This document shows positions 1 through 10,266 of a stretch of DNA of 40,548 nucleotides, in pieces (position 1 is the first letter of the stretch; each line of letters starts with the position of its first letter). The notes below the pieces were generated by a model. It did no database searches, was not told the DNA's origin, and saw nothing but the letters and a program-made list of their open reading frames with translations. The translations under genes and the position numbers were made by a program. This DNA is from a virus (lineage: Duplodnaviria; Caudoviricetes), in IMG/VR virus record IMGVR_UViG_3300050162_000081, positions 1-40,548 of that record. The stretch is one strand, 5' to 3'.

Positions 1-2
1 TA

Positions 3-2900
3 TGTCTATATGATCCTGATCTCAGATATGTAGATGTCCACAGTCTGAATGATCCTACTCCAGAGAACAGAAACCTTCGTATTAAAGTACAGATCGAGTC
101 TAGGCGGAATGTTTGGTACTTTCTACGTGAGGTATTACGCATCTATGAGCAGGGCGGCGATCCTGTGCCATTCAGACTAGATCGTGGTAGTATGGCCATG
201 ACATGGTGCTTTTTAAATGGCATCGACTATGCTGGTATGCAGCCTCGTCAGGCCCAACCTTATGATGCTAGGATACTGACACCATCTGGATGGTCTACCA
301 TGGGTGATATGGTGGTGGGTAAAGACATCACTGCTCCAGATGGTACGACTATCAAAGTCAAAGGCGTGTACCCACAGGGTGTTAAAGATGTCTATAAGGT
401 AACTCTTTCAGATGGTCGTAGTACCGAGTGTTGCGATGATCATCTCTGGAAAATAAGAGTGTCTATATTAGGTCATGATCCTGATAAGTGGATAGTGACT
501 TCACTCAAGCAGATATTCGCTTGGAGAGAAAAACTAGCTTATATCTACATCCCAGTGGTGGATCCAGCTATCGGTGAGGAAGTATCTAGACTAATCACTA
601 ATATTGAGTATGTAGGCAAAAAAGAAGTCCAATGTATTATGGTAGATCATCCTGATCATCTCTATATCACAGATGACTATATGGTATCTCATAACACAGG
701 AAAAGCCACCCCTTTTTATTCATCTATTAAGACACCATCTGGTCATACCACTATGGGTGATTTAAAGCTCGGTGAGCTCGTATCCACCCCAGATGGTGGT
801 AATGCCCCAGTGGTGGGTATATACCCTCAGGGAGAGCTCGATACGTACCGTATAGTACTAGAAGATGGTAGGACTACTGAATGCGCGCTGGAACATCTTT
901 GGAGTATCACCACTCCCGATAATCCTAATCCATTTGTGATTACATTAAATGACATTATTTCATCATATCCGCATGCTCTTATTCCAGTGTACGACGAGTC
1001 TACTAACTCTAAGATATATAAAGCTATATCGAGTATCGAACATATCGGTAAGAAAGAATCTCAGTGTATAGAGATAGGTCACCAAGACTGTCTATACATC
1101 ACTGATGATAACATCATTACTCACAATACGGTATGTGCATTATCGCTCACCGCTTGGATCTTATATATCTCTGGTCAGACTTTCCAAATAGGTCTGTTTA
1201 CTAAAGACAATAAACTCAGAGAAGACAACGTTAAGCGTGTCCGAGATCTCAGTGAAAGTCTCCCATCGTGGTGGTTAGCTGAGGATAAATTCAAAGATAA
1301 GAAGAATGCTACTGAACTATATTACAAAGCTCTCAATACGCAGTACAGTACATTCGTAGCTAACCCATCTCCTACTACTGCCGATAAACAAGCCCGTGGT
1401 GCGTCATCGCCTATGTTCCATTTCGACGAAATGGAGTTCTGTGATAACATCCATATCTCTTACCCCACGATTCTAGCTTCGACTGGTACGGCCCGTCAAA
1501 ATGCTAAGAAGAATGGTAAGCCACACTCAAATATCATCACTACGACTGCTGGTGATCCTAGTAAACCTGAGTGTCGGGAGTCTGCTAAGATCCTAGCAGG
1601 GGCTATGCCCTTCACAGAGCTCCTGTACGACCTGGAGAACAGCGAAAAGCTCCATGAGGTAGTCGAGGCAGCCAGTCCTCAAAAGATGATCCTAGGAGTC
1701 TTCTCACACCTCCAATTAGGTTATGACAATGAGTGGCTTCGAGAGAAGATCGTCCGTAACCGAGGTACTAGAGATACCATACTCAGAGACTACCTTAATA
1801 GACGAGTCTCCATTCAAGAACAACCTATCATACCTGAAGCTGTATTAAACACGATCAATAGCTCACAAAGAGATCCATCTTACATCCAAATGCTGGCTTC
1901 TAAATTTGTACTCTACTGGTATCTACCAAAAGAAACAGTAGAGTCTCAAGCTTTTAAGAATAGGCCTATAGTCGTAGGATGTGACTCTTCTGAAATGATT
2001 GGTCGAGATTCTACTACCTTGGTGGGGATAGATCCTAGTGACTTCTCTGTGGTATTTACGTTCAAATGTAATGAAGGTAATATCAACGTAGTAGGTGTGA
2101 TGATAGCTCAGCTATTACTCATGTATCCAAAGATGTTATTTGTCCCTGAGAATAAAAGCTCTGGTACATCACTTATCGATATCGTGATTATGATGCTGCG
2201 AAAAGAGAATCATAACCCATTCCTTCGTATCTTTAACTGGGTAGTCAATAATAAGAATGAGAAAGAATTCTCATCTATCAATATACGAGACACTACTCTT
2301 CTAGATACATCGGTTAAGAAGTACTTTGGGATTAAGACCGATAAGAGTAAACGAGATGAGCTGTATTCTAGTGTACTGCTAGAATCTACAGCTATGGCTG
2401 CATCACGCATTAGAGATCAGAGTCTTATACGGGAACTTAACTCGCTCACTGTCAGGAATGGTCGCGTAGACCATGCAACTGATGGTAATGACGATGTCAC
2501 GATCGCATTCCTTATGGGCTCGTTTGTGATATTGAATGGTAAACACTTAGATGTATATGGTCTATCTCCTGGATCAGTATTGCGTAATGTGGATAAAGTA
2601 GTGTCCGACAAGTCTAGGATACTTTCTGAAAAGCAGAATCAAATTAGAGATAAACTAGAAGAACTAGAGACCACTCTGAAACATCAGAGAGATCCTAGTC
2701 TGCGTAGGATGATATCTGGTGATATCGACATCCTAAAGGGTATGCTCGATAATGCTGCTATACTGACTCCTCAAAACGCCGATGAGCTCAATCGTGATCC
2801 TAGGAAGTTTACAGATACCAAAGCTGTAGAAGAGGCTCGTAAGGTCGTTAAAAGCGATGATGTCGAACGTTCATTGAAAATGCTCATGGGACTGAGCTGA
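3..2900 (+). CDS. terL: Terminase large subunit, phiKZ-like, 5' end outside window, with two inteins
   Basis: Frame is open from position 3 (…RRNVWYFLREVLRI…), upstream of the called GTG. Removing the inteins restores Walker A PRQTGKT. Also Walker B FHFDE, motif III ITTTAG and nuclease acidic residues (GCDSSE…D, DHATDGNDD). Confidence 0.9.
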   Translation, partial: CLYDPDLRYVDVHSLNDPTPENRNLRIKVQIESRRNVWYFLREVLRIYEQGGDPVPFRLDRGSMAMTWCFLNGIDYAGMQPRQAQPYDARILTPSGWSTMGDMVVGKDITAPDGTTIKVKGVYPQGVKDVYKVTLSDGRSTECCDDHLWKIRVSILGHDPDKWIVTSLKQIFAWREKLAYIYIPVVDPAIGEEVSRLITNIEYVGKKEVQCIMVDHPDHLYITDDYMVSHNTGKATPFYSSIKTPSGHTTMGDLKLGELVSTPDGGNAPVVGIYPQGELDTYRIVLEDGRTTECALEHLWSITTPDNPNPFVITLNDIISSYPHALIPVYDESTNSKIYKAISSIEHIGKKESQCIEIGHQDCLYITDDNIITHNTVCALSLTAWILYISGQTFQIGLFTKDNKLREDNVKRVRDLSESLPSWWLAEDKFKDKKNATELYYKALNTQYSTFVANPSPTTADKQARGASSPMFHFDEMEFCDNIHISYPTILASTGTARQNAKKNGKPHSNIITTTAGDPSKPECRESAKILAGAMPFTELLYDLENSEKLHEVVEAASPQKMILGVFSHLQLGYDNEWLREKIVRNRGTRDTILRDYLNRRVSIQEQPIIPEAVLNTINSSQRDPSYIQMLASKFVLYWYLPKETVESQAFKNRPIVVGCDSSEMIGRDSTTLVGIDPSDFSVVFTFKCNEGNINVVGVMIAQLLLMYPKMLFVPENKSSGTSLIDIVIMMLRKENHNPFLRIFNWVVNNKNEKEFSSINIRDTTLLDTSVKKYFGIKTDKSKRDELYSSVLLESTAMAASRIRDQSLIRELNSLTVRNGRVDHATDGNDDVTIAFLMGSFVILNGKHLDVYGLSPGSVLRNVDKVVSDKSRILSEKQNQIRDKLEELETTLKHQRDPSLRRMISGDIDILKGMLDNAAILTPQNADELNRDPRKFTDTKAVEEARKVVKSDDVERSLKMLMGLS
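252..695 (+). mobile_element. Mini-intein 1 in terminase, Ala-start, class 3-like, 148 aa
   Basis: Starts AQPYDARILTPSGW; block B CCDDHLW; block F VQCIMVD; ends SHN before Thr; no endonuclease domain. Confidence 0.9.
705..1127 (+). mobile_element. Mini-intein 2 in terminase, Ala-start, class 3-like, 141 aa
   Basis: Starts ATPFYSSIKTPSG; block B CALEHLW; block F SQCIEIG; ends THN before Thr. Confidence 0.9.
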
Positions 2901-2908
2901 CACATGAT

Positions 2909-2948
2909 GTATCTAGTCACATACACTGACCATTGTGTGACTAGATAC
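2909..2948. terminator. Intergenic inverted repeat after terL
   Basis: GTATCTAGTCACAT…GTGTGACTAGATAC. Confidence 0.5.
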
Positions 2949-2972
2949 TATCTAATTAACGAGGATTGATCC

Positions 2973-4220
2973 ATGAGTAATCTAATATCCACTAACTTTG
3001 GTGAGCTAGGTATTACTATCACTAATCAGCAGATACTAGCTGTAGAAAAGATGATAGTATCATTCCTATTGCGTAAGACTCATCCACTGACTTTTGATGG
3101 TCCCTATCTAGGTGTCGATCCGGTAGTCTTTACAAAATCGGATTACACAGCTTTATTCGATGTGTTCAAAATACACGAGAAAGATTTCGAACAAGTCATT
3201 CGAAATACCCCATCGATTAATAGAAATTTTATCGTATCATCTGATCCGTATAATCTACTTTGTGTATGGTTGGTACACTTAGCTCCTATTTACATAAAAG
3301 ATAAACAGGTCCGGCATGCATTCATGACGAATGTGTTGTTTCTATTTAACACCAAGATCTTCACCTCAGTGGTAAATAATACTTTTAGGCATGGCGCTAA
3401 TAGAGGTGTGATGGAAGCTACCATCGCCACACTCACTAAGAAATCTGATATCATTAAATACGAAAGCTGGAAGCGAGTCATCGAATCACATTGTGAAAAG
3501 ATACTCGATCCAACTGATCGGTTTTATGACATTCTAGTAAATGGTGGTCCAGATGAAGCCTTCTTAGGAGTGGTAGCTGAGATCCAGACTATGCTCAGAG
3601 CTAAGATCGTGACATTCGCTAGAGTGTATTACGACATACATGCTAGTGGAGAGAGCGTAGGTTTTAAATCAGCTATCAGTGAAGGCGATGAGGGCGAAAA
3701 GATTATAGCTCAAACAGCCTCTGTCATAAACTCAGCTACATCAGCTATGGTCATCGAGGTTTTAAATCCTAATGTATTTGTAAGCGATACATTAGTGGAT
3801 GACATAGCTAATGAGTTTAGCACTATATCCCCAAGGATGTTAAAGACAGCTCTACTCAAGATAAACGAAACTGCTGTGATACAGCAATCCTCTAGGACAT
3901 TCGATAAGGTAACCACTGATAAAGATGGTCCTTTGTATATCGGAGTGAGATCTCTAATCGTAGAGATTATCAGATCTATGATTAGTCTGGTGAGATCTAA
4001 GAATATAAACATGGCTAACCACGCTAAGGTCTTTAAACAGCTTAGAGACTCCTACAGTGCATCCAGACAGCTGGATAAAGATATCCTCGCTGTAAAGCGC
4101 TCTGTAGCCGAATTAGTGGACCCTTTTAACATCACCACGAACGTAGCTAGTCAGTCCACATTAAGATTAGCTGTAATTTACTATATACTCTATCGCACAA
4201 TTCTAAAAATGAAGACATGA
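2973..4220 (+). CDS. Conserved phiKZ-like jumbo phage protein (possibly virion-associated)
   Basis: 415 aa, RBS GAGG. The motifs YLGVDPVVF and INRNFIVSSDPYNLLCVWLVH resemble a phiKZ-like core family as I recall it; exact orthologue not assigned. Confidence 0.6.
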   Translation: MSNLISTNFGELGITITNQQILAVEKMIVSFLLRKTHPLTFDGPYLGVDPVVFTKSDYTALFDVFKIHEKDFEQVIRNTPSINRNFIVSSDPYNLLCVWLVHLAPIYIKDKQVRHAFMTNVLFLFNTKIFTSVVNNTFRHGANRGVMEATIATLTKKSDIIKYESWKRVIESHCEKILDPTDRFYDILVNGGPDEAFLGVVAEIQTMLRAKIVTFARVYYDIHASGESVGFKSAISEGDEGEKIIAQTASVINSATSAMVIEVLNPNVFVSDTLVDDIANEFSTISPRMLKTALLKINETAVIQQSSRTFDKVTTDKDGPLYIGVRSLIVEIIRSMISLVRSKNINMANHAKVFKQLRDSYSASRQLDKDILAVKRSVAELVDPFNITTNVASQSTLRLAVIYYILYRTILKMKT

Positions 4221-4224
4221 CTGG

Positions 4225-4254
4225 AGATAGAGAGGGCGTGAGCCCTCTCTATCT
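4225..4254 (+). terminator. Stem-loop terminator
   Basis: AGATAGAGAGGGC-GTGA-GCCCTCTCTATCT, followed by TTCT. Confidence 0.7.
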
Positions 4255-4433
4255 TTCTAAATACATCAATGACTAATGGATACTAAAAATACGAAAATTA
4301 TTATGTATTTTCCACCTGTAATGACATGACGAATTTCTGACATATAGATATATCAAAAATGAAATCGAATCACCCTAGATGATATACACACTGTACTTTT
4401 TATACACATCGATTTCATCTTTGACTCTAACCC

Positions 4434-7310
4434 ATGAATGGAAGTATGACCATGATCGAAGCTCAGACTAAGACCACTGAGAGACTAGCTATTACCATCA
4501 AAAATACTCCTCCTAGGAGTATGCCAGTACCAGATGTGGTAGTAGATGATTCTCGAGATGACTATCTGACCGCTTTTGGTAAATCTACTTTAAAGGATCG
4601 ATATCTTACTGAGGACGAGAGCTTCCAAGATCGATTCGCTAACTGCGTGAGATATTACGCGGATGATAAAGATCATGCGCAGCGCATGTATGATTATATT
4701 TCTAATCTATGGTGCATTCCTTCTACACCAGTCTTGGCCAACGGCGGGACACTCAAAGGAAATCTCATATCGTGTTTTGTCAATGAGGTAGAGGATTCAT
4801 TAGATGGTATTCAGGACGTCTGGGAGGAGAATGTTTGGCTGGGATCCAGAGGAGGTGGGTTAGGTACTTATTATAGTAATGTTAGATCGCTTGGTGAGAT
4901 AGCTGGACTCAACGGAAAAACATCGGGGGCGATGAGTTTTATTAAGGTAAATGACTCACTAGTTTCATGCATAAGTCAAGGCCTTAATCGTAGAGGGGCT
5001 GGGGCAATCTACATGGATGTGTCTCATCCTGAAATTGAGACATTCATTGAGATGCGCAAAACCGCAGGAGGGGATCCTAACCGTAAGGCTCCTAACCTAC
5101 ACCACGGAGTATGTATCTCCGATGCTTTTATGGAAGCAGTCGAGAATGGAGATGAATGGGCTCTGATCTCCCCTAAAACGGGTATAGAGATCGAGCGAGT
5201 GGATGCGCAAGGGCTAATGGCCAAGATACTCATGACTCGCGTAGAAACTGGGGAACCTTACTTGTTGTTTAGTGATACTATTCGGCGTTCCACACCAGAA
5301 CATCATCGTCGATCTGGCCTTCATCCTAAGACGTCAAATTTGTGCGTTGCTCCAGAGACGCGTATTCTGACTCACAACGGTTACGTCCGTATTGAAGACG
5401 TAGCCGGTACGGAGCAGGAAGTCTGGAATGGTAAACAGTGGTCGGTAGCTCAAGTTGCCAAGACTGGTGAAAATCAAAAACTAGTAGAAGTACATCTATC
5501 CAATGGTGTTGTATTAAGTGTTACTGAATACCATAAATGGAAAATCCAGATTGGTTATGGTAACTGGGCTACCAATTCAAAAATGGTCGCCACCCATGAA
5601 CTTCAGATTGGGGATAAGTTGGTAAAGCCGAACTTCGCCGTAGTAGAAGGCGGAATTGAGGGTGATCTGGATTTTGCATATCGCAATGGTTTCTATACTG
5701 CAGATGGTACCTCACAATCAAATGGTACTCATGAGCGTATCTATCTTTATGGAGAAAAGCGAGACCTTCTTCCTATTTTCCAAGAAATGGATCACCGGAG
5801 AATTAGTGAATTTGAGAATGGTGGTAAACGGCACGCTATCTATTACAATCCAGGCGAGTTACTTCCTAAGTTCACAGTCCCCATGGATTGCGATGTGTCC
5901 ACAAAGCTAGCATGGTTCGCTGGATTCCTAGATGGCGATGGTACCATCGCCCGCAATGGTGACACTGAAAGTATTCAGTGTTCATCTGTTAATCTCGAAT
6001 TCCTTCGTGAAGTACGCTTGATGCTCACCACGCTGGGGGTAGATGCTAAAATCGGTCTCATGAAAGAAGCCGGAAACTATATGCTACCCGATGGAAAAGG
6101 AGGTGATGCGAGCTATTACTGTCAAGCAACATATCGACTATTTCTTACGGCAGGAGACTCTCAGCGATTGCTGCAGTTGGGGCTCAGGCTCAATCGTCTA
6201 AAAATCGCTATGCGAGATACGCAGCGCGATGCGGGTGGGTTTGTGACAGTGATTGATATCATCGACAACGGTCGTTTCGATGATACTTATTGTTTCAACG
6301 AACCTCTCGAGCACATGGGCGTGTTTGAAGGTATACTCACTGGAAATTGTTGTGAAATAACACTACCCACAGGCCCCGATCATCACGGAATTGATCGTAC
6401 TGCGCTGTGCTGTCTATTTCAGCTTAACCTAGAAATGTGGGATGCTTGGAATAAACATCCCACATTCATATCGGATGTCGCTAGATATATGGATAATGTC
6501 CTACAAGACTTTATCGACAATGCGGGTGAGAAATTCGTCAAATCTAGATATTCGGCTTCAAGAGAACGGTCGATTGGTATTGGCACTATGGGATTTCATA
6601 GCTTTCTCCAGTCCAAAAATATTTCATTCGAATCGGCTATGGCTAAAGTGTGGAACTTGAAGTTCTTTAGTCACATCCGTGGTAAGCTCGACGATGCCTC
6701 TGTGGAGCTCGCTCATGAGCGCGGGGCCTGTCCTGATGCTGCAGAGCACGGGATCATGGAACGCTTCTCATACAAGATGGCTCAGGCTCCTACTGCATCT
6801 GTATCAATCATCTGTGGTACAACGTCTCCCGGTATCGACCCCATCACAGCTAATATATTCACACAGAAGACATTGGATGGATCATTCGAAGTAAAGAATA
6901 GACATCTAGTCGAACTACTTACTAAACTAGGTAAGAATACAAAAGAAGTCTGGAACAGTATCAATGACAATGACGGTAGTGTCTATCATCTAGATTTTCT
7001 GACAGATCAAGAGAAAGACGTCTACAAAACGGCATTTGAAATTAACCCAAGATGGCTCATTGATTTTGCAGCAGACCGAGCTCCATTTATTTGCCAAGCT
7101 CAATCACTTAACCTTTGGGTGGAGCCTGATATTCATAAACGCGATCTATGGAAACTACATCAGTTGATCTGGAAGAGTGGTATTAAGACCGCCTATTATT
7201 TGCGTTCTAAATCTATTCAGCGAGCTGATAGTACTACTAGTAATGGTACAAGCTTCCTCACTAGGACATATGTCAAAGTGGATTACGAGGTCTGCGTCGC
7301 TTGCGAATAG
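4434..7310 (+). CDS. nrdA: Class Ia ribonucleotide reductase alpha subunit with intein
   Basis: PSTPVLAN, ISCF, GGGLG, spliced SNLCCEI, APTASVS, QAQSLN, KTAYYLRS and C-terminal CVAC. No N-terminal ATP cone; the N-terminus resembles the alphaproteobacterial short type. Confidence 0.95.
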   Translation: MNGSMTMIEAQTKTTERLAITIKNTPPRSMPVPDVVVDDSRDDYLTAFGKSTLKDRYLTEDESFQDRFANCVRYYADDKDHAQRMYDYISNLWCIPSTPVLANGGTLKGNLISCFVNEVEDSLDGIQDVWEENVWLGSRGGGLGTYYSNVRSLGEIAGLNGKTSGAMSFIKVNDSLVSCISQGLNRRGAGAIYMDVSHPEIETFIEMRKTAGGDPNRKAPNLHHGVCISDAFMEAVENGDEWALISPKTGIEIERVDAQGLMAKILMTRVETGEPYLLFSDTIRRSTPEHHRRSGLHPKTSNLCVAPETRILTHNGYVRIEDVAGTEQEVWNGKQWSVAQVAKTGENQKLVEVHLSNGVVLSVTEYHKWKIQIGYGNWATNSKMVATHELQIGDKLVKPNFAVVEGGIEGDLDFAYRNGFYTADGTSQSNGTHERIYLYGEKRDLLPIFQEMDHRRISEFENGGKRHAIYYNPGELLPKFTVPMDCDVSTKLAWFAGFLDGDGTIARNGDTESIQCSSVNLEFLREVRLMLTTLGVDAKIGLMKEAGNYMLPDGKGGDASYYCQATYRLFLTAGDSQRLLQLGLRLNRLKIAMRDTQRDAGGFVTVIDIIDNGRFDDTYCFNEPLEHMGVFEGILTGNCCEITLPTGPDHHGIDRTALCCLFQLNLEMWDAWNKHPTFISDVARYMDNVLQDFIDNAGEKFVKSRYSASRERSIGIGTMGFHSFLQSKNISFESAMAKVWNLKFFSHIRGKLDDASVELAHERGACPDAAEHGIMERFSYKMAQAPTASVSIICGTTSPGIDPITANIFTQKTLDGSFEVKNRHLVELLTKLGKNTKEVWNSINDNDGSVYHLDFLTDQEKDVYKTAFEINPRWLIDFAADRAPFICQAQSLNLWVEPDIHKRDLWKLHQLIWKSGIKTAYYLRSKSIQRADSTTSNGTSFLTRTYVKVDYEVCVACE
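5343..6347 (+). mobile_element. Intein with LAGLIDADG homing endonuclease in nrdA, 335 aa
   Basis: CVAPETRILT…TEYHKW…GFYTADG…AGFLDGDG…GILTGN, followed by Cys, the catalytic Cys of the NLCxE motif. Confidence 0.93.
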
Positions 7311-7374
7311 CGTAAGTAGTTACTTACTATCATACATTTTTCATAATCTAAATGAATTAGTCTTACCAGACTAG

Positions 7375-7406
7375 ATAGAGGAGAGGTGTTTCCACCTCTC
7401 CTCTAT
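7375..7406 (+). terminator. Stem-loop between nrdA and nrdB
   Basis: ATAGAGGAGAGGTG-TTTC-CACCTCTCCTCTAT. Confidence 0.55.
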
Positions 7407-7437
7407 TACTCCTATCCACACAGAAGGCACTGCCACA

Positions 7438-8583
7438 ATGCACTCAGTTACTTTTAATAAACTAGCCCATTACGACCAAAAGGCTAAGTTGGACTTTGAT
7501 GATGCTAAAAAAACAGCGATGTCCGATATCGCCTCCGGACTTATTACTAAAGAAGAAATCTGTCATATCCCTATTAAGTATCTCGATCTCACTAATATCC
7601 CTGGAGTAGCAGAACAAAATGTGATGACTGCTTCCAAAGTATACAAGCCTTTCCGATATGGATTTGCATATGACTATTGGTTGCGGCAGAATCAAGTCCA
7701 TTGGTTACACGAAGAAGTACCACTTATCAATGACGTGCGTGATTGGAAAGTGAAACTAACCGATGCTGAACGTAATCTAATTACTCACATCTTTCGGTTA
7801 TTTGTGCAAAATGATCTATTGATCAATAATGCATACATTCATCAGTATGCCCCTATCTTCAAGCCCAATGAACTACAACTTACCTTCTCGGCGATTGCCA
7901 ACATGGAGTCGATCCATGAGGTAGCTTACTCATATCTACTAACTGAGCTTGGTATACCAGATACAGAATATTCGGCATTTCTAGAATATAAGGAAATGAC
8001 TGATAAGTATAACTTCACAGCCGGTCATCGCATGGATAGTCTCATGGGCATTGCTCTGGCAATGGTCGTGTTCGGTGGTCTCACAGAAGGACTACAGCTA
8101 TTTGCTTCATTTGCAGTACTTCTCAACTACCCTAGGTTTAATAAACTAAAGGGTATGGGTCAGATTGTCGCATTCTCAGTGAGAGATGAGACTCTGCATG
8201 TATCGTTTGTCGCTGAATTGTTTAAATCATTTATGTCCGAGTTTGGCCATCTAATCGACATAGATGAGCTAACTAAGTTGGTACACGAGGCTACTCGTAC
8301 GATTGTCAATGGCGAATATTTGTTTACAGACCTGGCGTTTGAGATGGGTCCTGTAGAAGGAATGACTGCTGAAGATCTTAAGAAATATCTTCGTAACATT
8401 GCCGATATGCGGCTCGAACAATTCGGGTTCCCAAAGATTTATAATGAACCAGAAAATCCATTTGACGAGTGGATTAATAGGATCATGCGTGGCATAGAAC
8501 ATGCAAACTTCTTTGAGGCAAAAGGAAGTGACTACAGCAAGGCTACTACCACTGGAACATGGTCAGAGGCGTTTGCCGACTAA
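7438..8583 (+). CDS. nrdB: Ribonucleotide reductase beta subunit
   Basis: HWLHEEV, ESIHEVAYS, EGLQLFASF, RDETLH, NFFE. Confidence 0.95.
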   Translation: MHSVTFNKLAHYDQKAKLDFDDAKKTAMSDIASGLITKEEICHIPIKYLDLTNIPGVAEQNVMTASKVYKPFRYGFAYDYWLRQNQVHWLHEEVPLINDVRDWKVKLTDAERNLITHIFRLFVQNDLLINNAYIHQYAPIFKPNELQLTFSAIANMESIHEVAYSYLLTELGIPDTEYSAFLEYKEMTDKYNFTAGHRMDSLMGIALAMVVFGGLTEGLQLFASFAVLLNYPRFNKLKGMGQIVAFSVRDETLHVSFVAELFKSFMSEFGHLIDIDELTKLVHEATRTIVNGEYLFTDLAFEMGPVEGMTAEDLKKYLRNIADMRLEQFGFPKIYNEPENPFDEWINRIMRGIEHANFFEAKGSDYSKATTTGTWSEAFAD

Positions 8584-8609
8584 ATAGTACTGTATATCCA
8601 TAATAAAAT

Positions 8610-8640
8610 ATAGATAGGAGCCTAAATGGCTCCTATCTAT
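8610..8640 (+). terminator. Stem-loop after nrdB
   Basis: ATAGATAGGAGCC-TAAAT-GGCTCCTATCTAT. Confidence 0.65.
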
Positions 8641-8704
8641 TATATGACGATTTAATATTACTTAATAAAATACAAAGAAATTAGTCATATAAAGGAATGT
8701 ACAA

Positions 8705-9706
8705 ATGAGCCCTTCTCCATGTAGAGTATGTAAGTCTGAAAGATTCGTTAGTCCCAAAGGACATGTTTATTGTAAGACATGTCGTAATAACTATCTATCT
8801 AAGAATAAAGAAAACACATCGCGGCAGCAGAGTGAATACAAAGAAGTACGTAGAGATAATCTACTGACCAAAGAAATAACTCCCTGCGTCAAATGTGGAT
8901 CAGAAAGATCTATCACCAAGAAAGGTGACGTGTATTGTAAACCCTGCGTCAAGCGATATCGAGACGCTAATAAAGAAAAGATTAAATCATACCTAAATGA
9001 ATATCGATCCGAAAATAGAGAATCAAATATAGAGTACCAGAAAGAATACCGTAGACAAGGTAGAGATAAAGAATTAACAAAATACATCGAGAAGTATCCT
9101 ACTAGATATGTACCTAGTAAATACGGTATCGTAAATGATCATCCGGACTATGGTGTTTGGAGAAATATGAAAAGACGTTGTTACACTGAGGACTATGAAA
9201 ACTATTCATCATACGGTGGGCGGGGCGTCATTGTATGCGACAGATGGTTAGAGTCGTTTGATAACTTCATGGATGACATGGGCGAACGGCCTGAGCCGAA
9301 AAATCTATATTCCATTGATCGCATCGATAACAATGGTAATTACACGCCAGTAAATTGTAGATGGGCTACGATTGATGAACAGAATAACAATAAAAGGAGC
9401 AATGTCGAATACCGTCTCAGTATTAGAGCAAAAGAACTATTAGTATATCAAGGAAAGGAACTTACGCTACATGCATTCAGTGCTTTAACGGGACTACATA
9501 TCGATGCGGTCAAATATAGATATGCACTATCGTCAAATGCGGATAATATACTAGACAATACTCATCCTAGACGAGCTTACCGTTGGAGAGGCTTTAATTA
9601 CACCATGACTGAATTATCTATTATCTCGAAGCTCGATTTCAGTAAACTCAGTTATCGGATCAATAACTCTGGTTGGGATATAGAAAGAGCTATGACTACT
9701 CTTTAA
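8705..9706 (+). CDS. Free-standing HNH homing endonuclease with two N-terminal zinc-ribbon repeats
   Basis: CxxC…CxxC twice; YGGRGVIVCDRW; SIDRIDNNGNYTPVNCRWAT. Confidence 0.85.
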   Translation: MSPSPCRVCKSERFVSPKGHVYCKTCRNNYLSKNKENTSRQQSEYKEVRRDNLLTKEITPCVKCGSERSITKKGDVYCKPCVKRYRDANKEKIKSYLNEYRSENRESNIEYQKEYRRQGRDKELTKYIEKYPTRYVPSKYGIVNDHPDYGVWRNMKRRCYTEDYENYSSYGGRGVIVCDRWLESFDNFMDDMGERPEPKNLYSIDRIDNNGNYTPVNCRWATIDEQNNNKRSNVEYRLSIRAKELLVYQGKELTLHAFSALTGLHIDAVKYRYALSSNADNILDNTHPRRAYRWRGFNYTMTELSIISKLDFSKLSYRINNSGWDIERAMTTL

Positions 9707-9764
9707 TATTTATTATAATTCCACTACTCAAAATGGTATAATAATCTTAGATAGGAATAGTCTC

Positions 9765-10253
9765 ATGAGTACTGTATCACTAGAAGACTTCGTAGAATCT
9801 CTGTTACCAGATATTGATGATGGTATCGCTAATAGCTATCTACTAAAGAATCGATTACTCAAGTCTCCCACTCTCCTTAAACACTTTAAGTTTAAGACTG
9901 ATATGGATCACTTTAGTTTTAGTGATGCGCTTGCGTATCTAAAACAGGGTAGATGTGTGGGTAGATCATCGTGGAATAACACTCCAGAAAATGGGTCATA
10001 TTTGTACCTAGAAAAAGGATCGTTTGATGGGCACTACTTGGGCTTTACAAATGGATCACAGCCATCTCTAGATCACAAATCCACTATAGATGCAATCTCA
10101 CTGGGTCTATTTGAGGCACGGTATGAAGGAGATAAAACAATTTTACCTAGTATCTATAAATTAACCACTGTCGATATGTTAGTACAGGATATCCCAGCTT
10201 GGGTACCGAGTACTAATGATCTATTAGCCATCGATTGGTATATTGTTTCATAA
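9765..10253 (+). CDS. DUF2829 / Tad2-like protein with N-terminal extension
   Basis: FSFSDALAYLKQGRCVGRSSWN…WVPSTNDLLAIDWYIV is the DUF2829 signature. Confidence 0.75.
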   Translation: MSTVSLEDFVESLLPDIDDGIANSYLLKNRLLKSPTLLKHFKFKTDMDHFSFSDALAYLKQGRCVGRSSWNNTPENGSYLYLEKGSFDGHYLGFTNGSQPSLDHKSTIDAISLGLFEARYEGDKTILPSIYKLTTVDMLVQDIPAWVPSTNDLLAIDWYIVS

Positions 10254-10266
10254 AGGAGTATTTACA

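Noticed and set aside
165-167. GTG 165 as terminase start
   Set aside because: The frame is open and terminase-like back to the window edge.
8584-9764. N-terminal duplication around the third HNH (8705-9706)
   Set aside because: No upstream fragment matches the 9765 gene. This HNH has its own RBS after a terminator and looks like an ordinary free-standing HEG beside nrdB.
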